Program-made: the position numbers and the translations under genes
Source: a virus
Taxonomy: Duplodnaviria; Caudoviricetes
Direction: 5' to 3' (one strand)
Length of the DNA stretch: 40,826 nt
Virus record (IMG/VR): IMGVR_UViG_3300044454_000113
Span: 1 to 40,826 of that record
The notes under the pieces: model-generated
Database searches by the model: none
Told to the model about the DNA's origin: nothing
What the model saw: only the letters and a program-made list of their open reading frames with translations
Shown: positions 1 to 7,857 of the stretch, in pieces
Numbering within the stretch: position 1 is the first letter of the stretch
Layout of the letters: each line of letters starts with the position of its first letter

Positions 1-2
1 CG

Positions 3-431
3 AGGGTCCTTTTCGAGAGGCACTTCCGACGCGGCCTGGAGGCCAAATGCTGGCCATGGATCGGCTCCGTGAATCACGGCGGTTACGGGGTCTTCGGCGC
101 ACGGGGCCGCCGGAACTCGAACGCGCATTACTGGTCGTATGTCTTCTACGTTGGGGAGGTCCCGCCTGGCCTAGAGATCGATCACGTCTGCCACAACCGG
201 CGCTGCGTGAACCCGGCTCATCTTCGCGCGGTGACGCGTCACGAGAACCTCTGCTCTCGCGCGAACACGCAAGTCGATCCGAAGTTCTCCTCGACTCAGG
301 TCGCATTCCGCGGTGACCTCCGGGCCGACCTAGCGCGCCTTGCCGCGCAGGACGGCCGTTCATTCTCTGCAGTGGTCAGGCTTCTCGCCCGCGATGGGAT
401 CGCCCGCCGTCGCGTCAAGAGGGCTGCCTGA
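3..431 (+). CDS. HNH endonuclease domain fused to C-terminal ribbon-helix-helix (Arc-like) domain; 5' end truncated by window edge
   Basis: Frame is open from base 3 (CWPWIGSVNHGGYG...AH...EIDHVCHNRRCVNPAHL, HNH_3 type). C-terminus TQVAFRGDLRADLARLAAQDGRSFSAVVRLLARDGI has an RHH pattern. Confidence 0.8.
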   Translation, partial: RVLFERHFRRGLEAKCWPWIGSVNHGGYGVFGARGRRNSNAHYWSYVFYVGEVPPGLEIDHVCHNRRCVNPAHLRAVTRHENLCSRANTQVDPKFSSTQVAFRGDLRADLARLAAQDGRSFSAVVRLLARDGIARRRVKRAA

Positions 432-895
432 TGAGACTCGCCCGCTACGGCGACGGCGCCTACTACGTCCCCGGCGGCGAGCTTCTTTGGCTCGAGCTCG
501 ACGGCGAGACGATCGGCGTCCGGTCGCGCGAGATCTACCAGGACGTTGACGGCTCGATCGTGCCGGGCGTCCTCGAGTCGCCGATCCGCACCGAGCTCCG
601 GCTGATCCAGTACCCGGCAAACGAGCCGCATCGCTATCAGCCGCTGGTCTGCCACGCCTGCGGCGACTCGGGCGATTCGCAGCGGAAGACATGGGATCCC
701 TGCGAGGCGTGCGGCGGGTACGGGGAGACGAAGAACCTTCATCTCTGCGCCCACTGCGGCGAGTTTTCTCTCGAAGTCCTCCCGCTCGCGCCCCGGGAGG
801 TTTGCACCCATCCGCTCCTTCTCGAGCACATGCATCCCGCGTGCGCGATCGAGATGGTGCTCGACGAGTTGGTGGGCCGCGGGGCCGTGTCGTGA
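431..895 (+). CDS. Cys-rich zinc-finger protein
   Basis: TGATG coupling to the upstream gene. CHACGDSG and CEACGGYG (DnaJ-like CxxCxGxG) plus CAHC. Confidence 0.7.
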   Translation: MRLARYGDGAYYVPGGELLWLELDGETIGVRSREIYQDVDGSIVPGVLESPIRTELRLIQYPANEPHRYQPLVCHACGDSGDSQRKTWDPCEACGGYGETKNLHLCAHCGEFSLEVLPLAPREVCTHPLLLEHMHPACAIEMVLDELVGRGAVS

Positions 896-1284
896 TCGGC
901 ATGCAGACAAGGTCGATCCCGGCGACGCCGGAATCAACGGCAAAGGAAGAGGCGTTTTCCCAACTGCGCCTGCCGCTGATGCGGACCGAGAACCGTCGCG
1001 GGTTGCTTCTCGCCAACTCTCCTGCAGCCGACGCGGTGCGGCGTTCCGTAGTGAGGCGGCTCGCGGCGGGCGACATCCAGGTGGTTGCGGAACGTATCGA
1101 CCGCGGCGTCGCGTACGTCTACAACCAGACCGCCGGCGAGTCGGCGCTCACCGTCGACGTCCTCCTCGCCTCGCTCGTCTCGATGACGCGGGACGAAGCC
1201 CGGCACGTCGTACAGCACATCGCGCAGCCGTTCGGGCTGTTCGTCATTCCCGACCCATCGCAGGGCGAGGACTCGCGTCCGTGA
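892..1284 (+). CDS. Phage regulatory protein, CII-like
   Basis: GTGA overlap with upstream stop (alternative ATG at 901). HTH-like IQVVAERIDRGVAYVYNQ and C-terminal HIAQPFGLFVIP; early-operon position. Confidence 0.5.
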   Translation: MIGMQTRSIPATPESTAKEEAFSQLRLPLMRTENRRGLLLANSPAADAVRRSVVRRLAAGDIQVVAERIDRGVAYVYNQTAGESALTVDVLLASLVSMTRDEARHVVQHIAQPFGLFVIPDPSQGEDSRP

Positions 1285-1475
1285 ACGCCGCCCGCGCGTT
1301 CGTCGCCGGCAGGGGAGCCGTCTCGATCCGCGAGGTCGGGGCCTGGTTCGGACGCGGGCATTCGTGGGTCTACCTCGCCATCGCACGCGGCCAGTTGCGG
1401 AAGGCCGGCCCGGGCCGCGTGACCGCCGACTCGATCGTTGAGCTCTACGACTCGTTCGAAGGAGGTTCCAAATGA
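1281..1475 (+). CDS. Excisionase-like helix-turn-helix protein
   Basis: 64 aa; SIREVGAWFGRGHSWVYLAIARGQL fits the MerR-type/Xis HTH pattern. Confidence 0.65.
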   Translation: MNAARAFVAGRGAVSIREVGAWFGRGHSWVYLAIARGQLRKAGPGRVTADSIVELYDSFEGGSK

Positions 1476-1801
1476 CCGGACCGTTCTCCGCCCGGCAGGG
1501 CATGGTCTTCGACCGCGAGGACCGCGTCGTTCTCATCACCGCGGCCGGCACGGACTACGCCGACGCCGAGCGCGTGGCGGCCGACCTCAACCTGGCCGAC
1601 TCGATCCACGCCGAACCGCGGATCGAAACGACCCTCGCGCTGCACCGGCGCGACGGCGGTGAGACGATCAGGGCGAGCGCGGAGTTCTGCGCCGCCGTCC
1701 TGCCGGGCGAGCTCGCGGCCGCGATCAGCCAGGGCAAGACGGCCGCGACGCTGCTCGGGATCCGGACGGCCGACGTCCTTCAGATGCGGAGCCGGTCATG
1801 A
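1472..1801 (+). CDS. Hypothetical protein
   Basis: GGAGG RBS, ATGA overlaps at both ends. Confidence 0.7.
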   Translation: MTGPFSARQGMVFDREDRVVLITAAGTDYADAERVAADLNLADSIHAEPRIETTLALHRRDGGETIRASAEFCAAVLPGELAAAISQGKTAATLLGIRTADVLQMRSRS

Positions 1802-2325
1802 GCGCCCGCCCGCGCCTCGTCGTCACCGAAGTCGTCCCGATCGCTTCGAATCCGAAGCCAGGCCTTCGCCGCGATCCGAACTGTCGCGTCAAGCCGCCCG
1901 CTCATGAGTTCGCCGCCATCGAGTACGCAATCTGGATCGGCGGGTTCGTCCGCCGCCGCATGCGGACCGCACCGGGCGGGTTCGTTCCGATCGCGCTGCT
2001 TCTCGCCGCGCTCGCCGGTTGCACGAACGTCGAGTCACCAACCGAACCGGCCCGCGCTCACCTGACGATTACGAACAACGAAGCGACTTGCGCGTTCCGC
2101 ATCCAGAGCGATCTACCGCTCGAGCAGCCGGCCACATGGGCGATCGCTCAGGACGGCGTTCCGCGCTGGAACGGCACGATGACGACCCCGGGCCTGACGG
2201 TCGGCGTCGCGGCCTTCACGGGGCGCCTGGACCTGACCGTCACCTATCTCGGCCGGACCTATGGCTCGACGATGGGATGCACCTTTAACGGGCCGTCCGT
2301 TGCGAGCTCGTTGGTGACGCAATGA
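1798..2325 (+). CDS. Putative lipoprotein (possible internal start at 1960)
   Basis: Lipobox IALLLAALAG|C preceded by RRRMR; beta-rich mature part with two further Cys. Confidence 0.65.
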   Translation: MSARPRLVVTEVVPIASNPKPGLRRDPNCRVKPPAHEFAAIEYAIWIGGFVRRRMRTAPGGFVPIALLLAALAGCTNVESPTEPARAHLTITNNEATCAFRIQSDLPLEQPATWAIAQDGVPRWNGTMTTPGLTVGVAAFTGRLDLTVTYLGRTYGSTMGCTFNGPSVASSLVTQ

Positions 2326-2540
2326 GCGCGCCGGTCTTCCTCGCGATCGCCCTCGGCCTCGTCGCGGTCTGTCTCGTCGCGATCTACCGCGAGACACGGC
2401 ATGACGAGCTCGGCGTCCCGGACCAGCACGGCGACTACCCGGCGATCCCGCCGGATCTGATCGAGAAGGCGCGGCTGGATGCGCGGCTACGCGAGCTCAC
2501 CTTCCACGAGACGACGACGGGAAACGGGAAAGGACTCTGA
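2322..2540 (+). CDS. Small single-pass membrane protein
   Basis: N-terminal VFLAIALGLVAVCLVAIY; ATGA overlap. Confidence 0.7.
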   Translation: MSAPVFLAIALGLVAVCLVAIYRETRHDELGVPDQHGDYPAIPPDLIEKARLDARLRELTFHETTTGNGKGL

Positions 2541-2650
2541 TGCGACTCTCCAATTGGGACGCGTTCGAGCGCACGGTCTACGCCGATCTTCTCGCGATGG
2601 CGCTCCTCTTCACGATCCTCGCCATCGTTTGGTGCGCGGGGGCGATCTGA
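2540..2650 (+). CDS. 36-aa membrane peptide (not in ORF track)
   Basis: MRLSNWDAFERTVYADLLAMALLFTILAIVWCAGAI; TGATG-coupled at both ends, with AAGGA upstream. Confidence 0.6.
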   Translation: MRLSNWDAFERTVYADLLAMALLFTILAIVWCAGAI

Positions 2651-3150
2651 TGAACACCGCCGCGCAGAAAGCGAAAGCCGCCGCGCGGGAGCGGCGCTGG
2701 CGCGAACGGCATCCCGATCGTGCGAAGGCATCTCGCCAGCGTTGGGAGGCCTCTCATAAAACGGAGCGCCGCGAGGCTCACCGTCTCTGGTACGCGAAGA
2801 ACCGCGCACATGCACGCGAACGCAATCAGGCCTGGTACGCAGCAAACCGTGAACGCGCAGCCGCACAGATCCGAGAGGCGCATCTGTGGCGGCGGTATGG
2901 ACTCACCGGCGCACAGCGGGCAGCGCTTCTCGCAAAGCAAGGCGGCCTGTGTTCCATCTGCGGGGTATCCATTCAGATCGGTTCCCATGTGGACCACGAC
3001 CACGCTACCGGTGCCGTGCGGGGTCTGCTGTGCGGCTCATGTAATCGCGGCCTCGGCGCTTTTCGCGATTTAGAAGAGCACCTGGCCGCGGCGATTGACT
3101 ACCTAAGACGTTGCCGAGCGCCGCGTCTTGTAACCGCGATGGAGGACTAA
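2650..3150 (+). CDS. Endonuclease VII-domain protein
   Basis: YGLT..QGGLCSICG..HVDHDHATGAVRGLLCGSCNRGLG motif with a basic N-terminal helix. Confidence 0.88.
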   Translation: MNTAAQKAKAAARERRWRERHPDRAKASRQRWEASHKTERREAHRLWYAKNRAHARERNQAWYAANRERAAAQIREAHLWRRYGLTGAQRAALLAKQGGLCSICGVSIQIGSHVDHDHATGAVRGLLCGSCNRGLGAFRDLEEHLAAAIDYLRRCRAPRLVTAMED

Positions 3151-3153
3151 CCG

Positions 3154-3600
3154 ATGAGTGACTACCGGACGATGTACGACAGCTCGTGGATTTACGCCTA
3201 CGACCTGTCCGGGAGGGACGTTACGGTGACGATCAAGTCGGTGGCGGCGGCGAAGCTCCGCAGCGTCGACAAGAACAAGCCCGAGCAAAAGAAACCGGTT
3301 CTCTATTTCAAGGAGAGCCGCGAGAACCCGCCGAGGGGGCTTGTCCTCTGTAAGACGAACGCGAAGATCATCGCGGGAATGTTCGGCCCAGACACGGATC
3401 GCTGGGTTGGGCAGAGGATCACTCTCTACCCGACGAAGGTCGAAGCGTTCGGCGCGATGGTGGAGGCGATCCGCATCCGCCCAACCGCTCCCGCGAAGTC
3501 GACGAAGGCCGGCGAGTTCTCTGACGCTCCTCACGCGCCAGCTCCCGAAGCCCCCGACCACGCCGAAGTCGAAGAGCGCGAACCGGGTCAGGACGGCTGA
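3154..3600 (+). CDS. Conserved phage protein, candidate ssDNA-binding/annealing protein
   Basis: GGAGG RBS. YAYDL...VTIKSV...KPVLYF...LVLCKTNAKII..WVGQRITLY pattern with an acidic/Pro tail; directly upstream of the exonuclease. Confidence 0.55.
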   Translation: MSDYRTMYDSSWIYAYDLSGRDVTVTIKSVAAAKLRSVDKNKPEQKKPVLYFKESRENPPRGLVLCKTNAKIIAGMFGPDTDRWVGQRITLYPTKVEAFGAMVEAIRIRPTAPAKSTKAGEFSDAPHAPAPEAPDHAEVEEREPGQDG

Positions 3601-3601
3601 C

Positions 3602-4387
3602 ATGCCGCGCCACTGCTCGCCCGGCTGTTCTCATTTGCACTTCTCGACCCTCAAAAACATGGGCCGTTCGCCCGCGCATTACCGATATGCGGCCACGTTC
3701 GGGATGGAGCCGTCCAGCGCGATGAACCTCGGCTCGGCCGTCCATGCGCTCGTCCTCGAGGACGGGGCTGGGCTGGTCAAGTACGACGGGGCGAGCCGGC
3801 GCGGGAAGGAATGGAACGCGTTCAAGGATGCCAACGCCGACGCGACGATCCTGACCGCTTCGGAGTGGGACGAGGCCCATGCGATCGCCGCATCCGTCCG
3901 GGCCCATCCGCGCGCCGCCGAGCTCCTCGATGGCGCCCGCGAGACAACGTTCGATTGGGAGCTCCGCGGTCGCCCCTGCCGCGGCACGACCGACGTGTTC
4001 CGCAACCACGGCCTGAACCGGATCGTCGACCTCAAGACAACCAGCGACGCGCACCCGATGCGGTTCCAGCGCACGGCCGAACGCTTGGGATATTTCGCTC
4101 AGATCCCATGGTACATGACAGGCGCGCGCCTGGCCGGCCTCGGCGAGTTCGACGAGGGCTACATCGTCGCGGTCGAGACGAAGCCGCCCTACGTCGTCCA
4201 GACGTTCGCGCTGACGCTCAACGCGCTCGAGATGGGCGAGCGGCAATGGCGGTCGTGGATCGAGCGCCTGCTCGTCTGCGAGGCGTCCGACGAGTGGCCT
4301 GGCTATCAGGAGACGGACGCGGCGCTGGACCTTCCCGACCTCGACCTCGAGCTTTCGATCGGCGGCGAGCTCGTCGCTGTGGCGTAA
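3602..4387 (+). CDS. RecE/exonuclease VIII-like PD-(D/E)XK nuclease (DUF3799-like)
   Basis: STLK..SPAHY..AMNLGSAVH..CRGTTD..IVDLKTT..GYFAQ..Y..AVETKPPY..WPGY. Confidence 0.85.
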   Translation: MPRHCSPGCSHLHFSTLKNMGRSPAHYRYAATFGMEPSSAMNLGSAVHALVLEDGAGLVKYDGASRRGKEWNAFKDANADATILTASEWDEAHAIAASVRAHPRAAELLDGARETTFDWELRGRPCRGTTDVFRNHGLNRIVDLKTTSDAHPMRFQRTAERLGYFAQIPWYMTGARLAGLGEFDEGYIVAVETKPPYVVQTFALTLNALEMGERQWRSWIERLLVCEASDEWPGYQETDAALDLPDLDLELSIGGELVAVA

Positions 4388-4463
4388 CCGACCAAATCAA
4401 CCGCGGGGCGGCGCGGAACAGGCCGGGCAGCCGCCCTCGTCCCGGCCCAGGAGGAAACCTACC

Positions 4464-4691
4464 GTGAGCGAATCGACACCACTTTCCGAGTACGAAGCGG
4501 CCAAGAACGCGGCCATCGACGCGCGTTTGCGGCTCGAGGACCGGCTCAAGGCGATCGAGGAGGAGCGGACGCAGATCCGCACGCTCCTCGGCCGAAAGCG
4601 TCGCGTCCCGAAGGCGGCCGGAGCGACCAAGAAGACGCGCAAGCCCGCGATGCCGCCGAACCGCGTCGTTCGTGACGGAGAGGAAGCATAA
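4464..4691 (+). CDS. Small coiled-coil basic protein
   Basis: AGGAGG RBS; heptad pattern followed by a K/R-rich tail. Confidence 0.7.
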   Translation: MSESTPLSEYEAAKNAAIDARLRLEDRLKAIEEERTQIRTLLGRKRRVPKAAGATKKTRKPAMPPNRVVRDGEEA

Positions 4692-4702
4692 ATGCCAACT
4701 TT

Positions 4703-4778
4703 GGAGCGCGCCCAGGCTTTGCCGCCGGGAGGTCTACTACACCTGCCCGGGCAATCCGGGCCGCGCTCCTTTTCTTTC
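4703..4778 (+). terminator. Long imperfect hairpin followed by a T-rich tract
   Basis: GGAGCGCG(4703-4710)/CGCGCTCC(4762-4769) closing stem with nested TTGC/GCAA, CCGGG/CCCGG and AGGT/ACCT pairs, then TTTTTCTTT. Confidence 0.55.
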
Positions 4779-4810
4779 GTCACAACCGCGACGGCCACGG
4801 GAGGGCCCGA

Positions 4811-5059
4811 GTGAACCCAGAACTCCAGTCCTGGCAGAACGCTACCTTCCCAGATGGCAAGTTGCACAACGCGGTCGTCAAGCTGATCGTCTCTGCCGTC
4901 TGGCCGGACGCTGGCTCGTGGACGGAAATGAAGCAGAGCCGCGTCTACGGCCACGTCCGCGACGTGATCGACGGCCATCCCGTGCCGACCCTGAGCCGCA
5001 ACGAACGCGCCGCGATCGAGGCCGCGGCCAGGCCGATCCTTGCGGGAGTTGGAAGGTGA
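4811..5059 (+). CDS. Hypothetical protein
   Basis: GGAGG RBS, GTG start, coupled to the next gene. Confidence 0.65.
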   Translation: MNPELQSWQNATFPDGKLHNAVVKLIVSAVWPDAGSWTEMKQSRVYGHVRDVIDGHPVPTLSRNERAAIEAAARPILAGVGR

Positions 5060-5472
5060 GCGGCCTCAAGGACGTCGCCGAGGCGGCCGTCGCGGGCCGG
5101 TTCAAGCGGATCGTCGCGGGGACCAAGTTCCGCAACGTGAAGGTGACGGTCGACGGGATCACCTTCGACTCCAAGTTCGAAGCGCATCGCTGGACCGAAC
5201 TGCGCCTCGAGGAGAAGGCCGGAACGATCCGCCGCCTCGAGCGCCAGCGCCCGTTCGCGATCGTCATCAACGACTTCCCGGTCTGCACGTACATCGCGGA
5301 CTTCGTCTACGAGCGCGAGATCCAGTTCGCGTCCGGGTCGTCCTGGCAGCGGATCGTCGAGGACGCGAAGGGATTCAGGACCGAAATCTACCGGCTGAAA
5401 AAGAAGCTGATGCGCGCGGCATTGGGCGTCGAGATCCTCGAGACGCGAGCGCGTCGCAAACGGGACGAATAA
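5056..5472 (+). CDS. DUF1064 family PD-(D/E)XK nuclease-like protein
   Basis: KFRNVKVTVDGITFDSKFEA..Q..F..CTYIADFVY..VEDAKG.RT..YRLKKKLM. Confidence 0.88.
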   Translation: MSGLKDVAEAAVAGRFKRIVAGTKFRNVKVTVDGITFDSKFEAHRWTELRLEEKAGTIRRLERQRPFAIVINDFPVCTYIADFVYEREIQFASGSSWQRIVEDAKGFRTEIYRLKKKLMRAALGVEILETRARRKRDE

Positions 5473-5507
5473 CGCGCGGCGAGGCGCACCAACCGAAGGA
5501 GCTCCCG

Positions 5508-6053
5508 ATGACACTCGCCCCGAACCTCAAAGACGCCCTCGACACAATCACGCGCGCGCTCGGATCCGAGCCGGTCCCGGCGCCGGCGTGGTTCGACCCG
5601 ACGCCGACCGAGACGGCCGCGTTCTCCGTCGCGCACGGCATCCCGCTCGCCGACGTTCTCGGCTACACCGGGACCGGCGAGAACACGGCTCAGACGAAGA
5701 TCACGCCGCTCGTCAACCCGACCGACGAGGAGCTCCTCGTCTACGGGAAGTTCGGCTACCGGGCGAACGGTTCGCGTTGGGTCTGGACCCGCTACGATCT
5801 CGCGCTCAACCGCGCGTACTTCTGCGCCGGGATCGCCCGGGCCGAATCGCCCGACCAGGCCGACGCCGTCATCTCCGGGGCGGGCCTCGTCACGCAGCTC
5901 GTCGCCGAGTACCTCGTCATGGGCGGCGCGATCGTCAACTCGACGCCGTTCGCTTCGCCGCGTCTCCAGACGGGCACGCTCAACGGCGACTCGACGCTCG
6001 CGGACGCGTCCGCGTTCCTGACGGGCTCCGGTTCGACGCCGGGCGGACAGTAA
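5508..6053 (+). CDS. Hypothetical protein
   Basis: AAGGAG RBS; phage-typical codon usage. Confidence 0.75.
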   Translation: MTLAPNLKDALDTITRALGSEPVPAPAWFDPTPTETAAFSVAHGIPLADVLGYTGTGENTAQTKITPLVNPTDEELLVYGKFGYRANGSRWVWTRYDLALNRAYFCAGIARAESPDQADAVISGAGLVTQLVAEYLVMGGAIVNSTPFASPRLQTGTLNGDSTLADASAFLTGSGSTPGGQ

Positions 6054-6057
6054 GCCG

Positions 6058-6483
6058 ATGAACAGGCCGCCGCGGTTCGCCCCGAGAGCGACGGGCAACA
6101 GGAGAACCCCCATCCATGCCGCGGCGGTCCTTTTTCTCGTTGCGTCACCCGCACTCGGGTATACCCCGTATCCGACCGCGACACGGACGGCCGTCCCGGT
6201 CACAACCGCGACGCCGACCCCGGCACTCCCAACGCCGGCCCCGACCGTGACGCCGACCAGGACGCCGACCCCGACCGCCACGGCCCCGCCTGGATCGACA
6301 CCAACGCCGACGCCGCTCCCAACACCGACCGCAACGGCTGCGCCGCCAACGACCGGCAGCTATCGGCTGACATATACCTGTAAGCCTCCGGCCGACGCGT
6401 GCCGCGCGACGGCCTGGACGCTCGAGATGATTCTCCAAAGCACAACTCAAGGCGTGACCGTGAAAGTTGAGGCGATCCCATGA
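6058..6483 (+). CDS. Secreted Pro/Thr-rich protein
   Basis: Basic n-region and AAAVLFLVASPALG signal, long (PT)n stalk, small C-terminal domain with two Cys. Confidence 0.7.
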   Translation: MNRPPRFAPRATGNRRTPIHAAAVLFLVASPALGYTPYPTATRTAVPVTTATPTPALPTPAPTVTPTRTPTPTATAPPGSTPTPTPLPTPTATAAPPTTGSYRLTYTCKPPADACRATAWTLEMILQSTTQGVTVKVEAIP

Positions 6484-6908
6484 GCGCCGACGACGATCTC
6501 CCGCTGAACGAGTACGAATGCACGGGGGCCTGCGACATGCCCGAGCACGACGGGCCGTGCTGCAATCACTCGGACCCCGGACGCTGTCTCTGTAAGTCGG
6601 CGGGCGATCTCCCGCCGTGCCCGCTGTGCGGGGCAACGGATCTCGAAGTGAGGGGTCGCGCCCCCAACAGAAGCATCGCGTGCCCGCGGGGCAAGTGTGA
6701 GATGGGCGCGTACTGGTATCTGGAAGCAACGTGGCGTCGTCTCGCCCGCCCTCCTCTCGACCCGCGCATCGTCGCGGTGCTGAAAGAGGCGCATGACGTT
6801 TTGACGCTGCGCGCCGAGGAAATGGAGGCGCGTGGCGACGGCCCGTTCTACACGGTCGCCGTGGTGCGACGGATCGAGGCATTACTAGCCGGATTGGGGG
6901 AGAAGTGA
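6480..6908 (+). CDS. Cys-rich protein with Lar (restriction alleviation)-like zinc ribbon
   Basis: LPPCPLCGATDLEV...IACPRGKC...W pattern plus an N-terminal Cys/His cluster. Confidence 0.5.
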   Translation: MSADDDLPLNEYECTGACDMPEHDGPCCNHSDPGRCLCKSAGDLPPCPLCGATDLEVRGRAPNRSIACPRGKCEMGAYWYLEATWRRLARPPLDPRIVAVLKEAHDVLTLRAEEMEARGDGPFYTVAVVRRIEALLAGLGEK

Positions 6909-6976
6909 ACTACATCATGCCGCTGTTCCTGTTCACGTTCTGCCCGTGCCGCGCACATCGTTGGAGGAGGCCGTGA
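6905..6976 (+). CDS. 23-aa coupled micro-ORF
   Basis: MNYIMPLFLFTFCPCRAHRWRRP; GTGA overlaps at both ends, GGGGGAG RBS. Confidence 0.4.
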   Translation: MNYIMPLFLFTFCPCRAHRWRRP

Positions 6977-7422
6977 AGCTCTACAAGATCACCGGCCCCA
7001 ACGGCGAAGCGATCTACGGTGGCAATGGGAAGTGGCCGCTCCCGAAGGGCAAGAAGCCCGGAGCGTGGACGAAGAAGCAGACGCCCGTGCTCTGCATGTC
7101 CGGCTGGCACCTGATTCCGGCGTCTCAGTTGAACCAATGGTGGCGGGACGGCGCGGTCTTGTGGGAGGCCGAAGGGCGCGGGAGAAGCGACGCCTCTCTC
7201 TACAAGACAGCGTTCGAGTCCGCACGGCTCGTCCGGCGCGTCGGTACGCTGGATGCTGCCGCGTATGCCGAGTACAAGAATGTCACGGCTCCCGTGTGGG
7301 CCAAGTACGTGAAGGTCAAGGCTACCGCGTTGGCCGAGTACGAGAAGGTCACGGCTCCCGTGTGGGCAGAGTACGAGAAGGCGTGCGAGGCGGCAATCGA
7401 GAAGGTGTGGAGGAAGAAATGA
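6973..7422 (+). CDS. Phage protein with C-terminal 11-aa tandem repeats
   Basis: GGAGGAGG RBS before GTG 6973. LC.SGWH motif; AEYEKVTAPVW repeats. Confidence 0.75.
   Translation: MKLYKITGPNGEAIYGGNGKWPLPKGKKPGAWTKKQTPVLCMSGWHLIPASQLNQWWRDGAVLWEAEGRGRSDASLYKTAFESARLVRRVGTLDAAAYAEYKNVTAPVWAKYVKVKATALAEYEKVTAPVWAEYEKACEAAIEKVWRKK
7267..7380 (+). repeat. 33-bp coding tandem repeat, ~3.5 copies
   Basis: Units start at 7267, 7300, 7333 and 7366 (consensus GCCGAGTACGAGAAGGTCACGGCTCCCGTGTGG). Confidence 0.85.
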
Positions 7423-7604
7423 AGAAGCCCGCGAAGAAAAAGAGCGTCACGCTGTGGATCTACGCATGGAGCTACGGATTAACTGGGGCTTGGTACATAG
7501 ACCACGAACGCACGGAACATAAGGCTGCCGCGAAACGGATAGCGGACCGAAGGGCTGGATGGCGCGTCGGCCCCATCGTGAAGGTCGAGGTGCCTTGTGG
7601 CTGA
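7419..7604 (+). CDS. Hypothetical protein
   Basis: GGAGG RBS, ATGA overlap; MKKPAKKKSVTLWIYAWSY... Confidence 0.65.
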   Translation: MKKPAKKKSVTLWIYAWSYGLTGAWYIDHERTEHKAAAKRIADRRAGWRVGPIVKVEVPCG

Positions 7605-7857
7605 CGCGGCCAAGCCCGAAAGCGGGGAGCGGTGCGCGCATCGGTTTGACTGCTGTGTTCTCGGTTGCCGCTGCGAGTGCCATGCGGAGAACTACGTCCC
7701 CGCCCCCGCCGAGCCGGAGCGGATGAGCGAGGAGGAGTTTGAGGCGCTCCAGTTCTGCGAATCGCCGTTCTGGCTCGCCTACGAAGAGGCCCGCCGTGCG
7801 AGACAGTCTGAGGAAACGCTCCGGCGAGAGCTTGAGGAGATGCGCCGTGGCAAGTAG
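7597..7857 (+). CDS. Cys-rich hypothetical protein
   Basis: GAGG RBS; CAH..DCC..GCRCECH followed by a helical tail. Confidence 0.65.
   Translation: MADAAKPESGERCAHRFDCCVLGCRCECHAENYVPAPAEPERMSEEEFEALQFCESPFWLAYEEARRARQSEETLRRELEEMRRGK

Noticed and set aside
4403-4448. HDV-like/theta ribozyme
   Set aside because: Has P1/P2-like pairings but no room for P3, P1.1 or P4/J4-2; kept only as a simple pseudoknot candidate.
7267-7380. CRISPR-like or DGR-like repeat
   Set aside because: In-frame 33-bp tandem coding repeat with no spacers; no cas or reverse transcriptase gene in the window.
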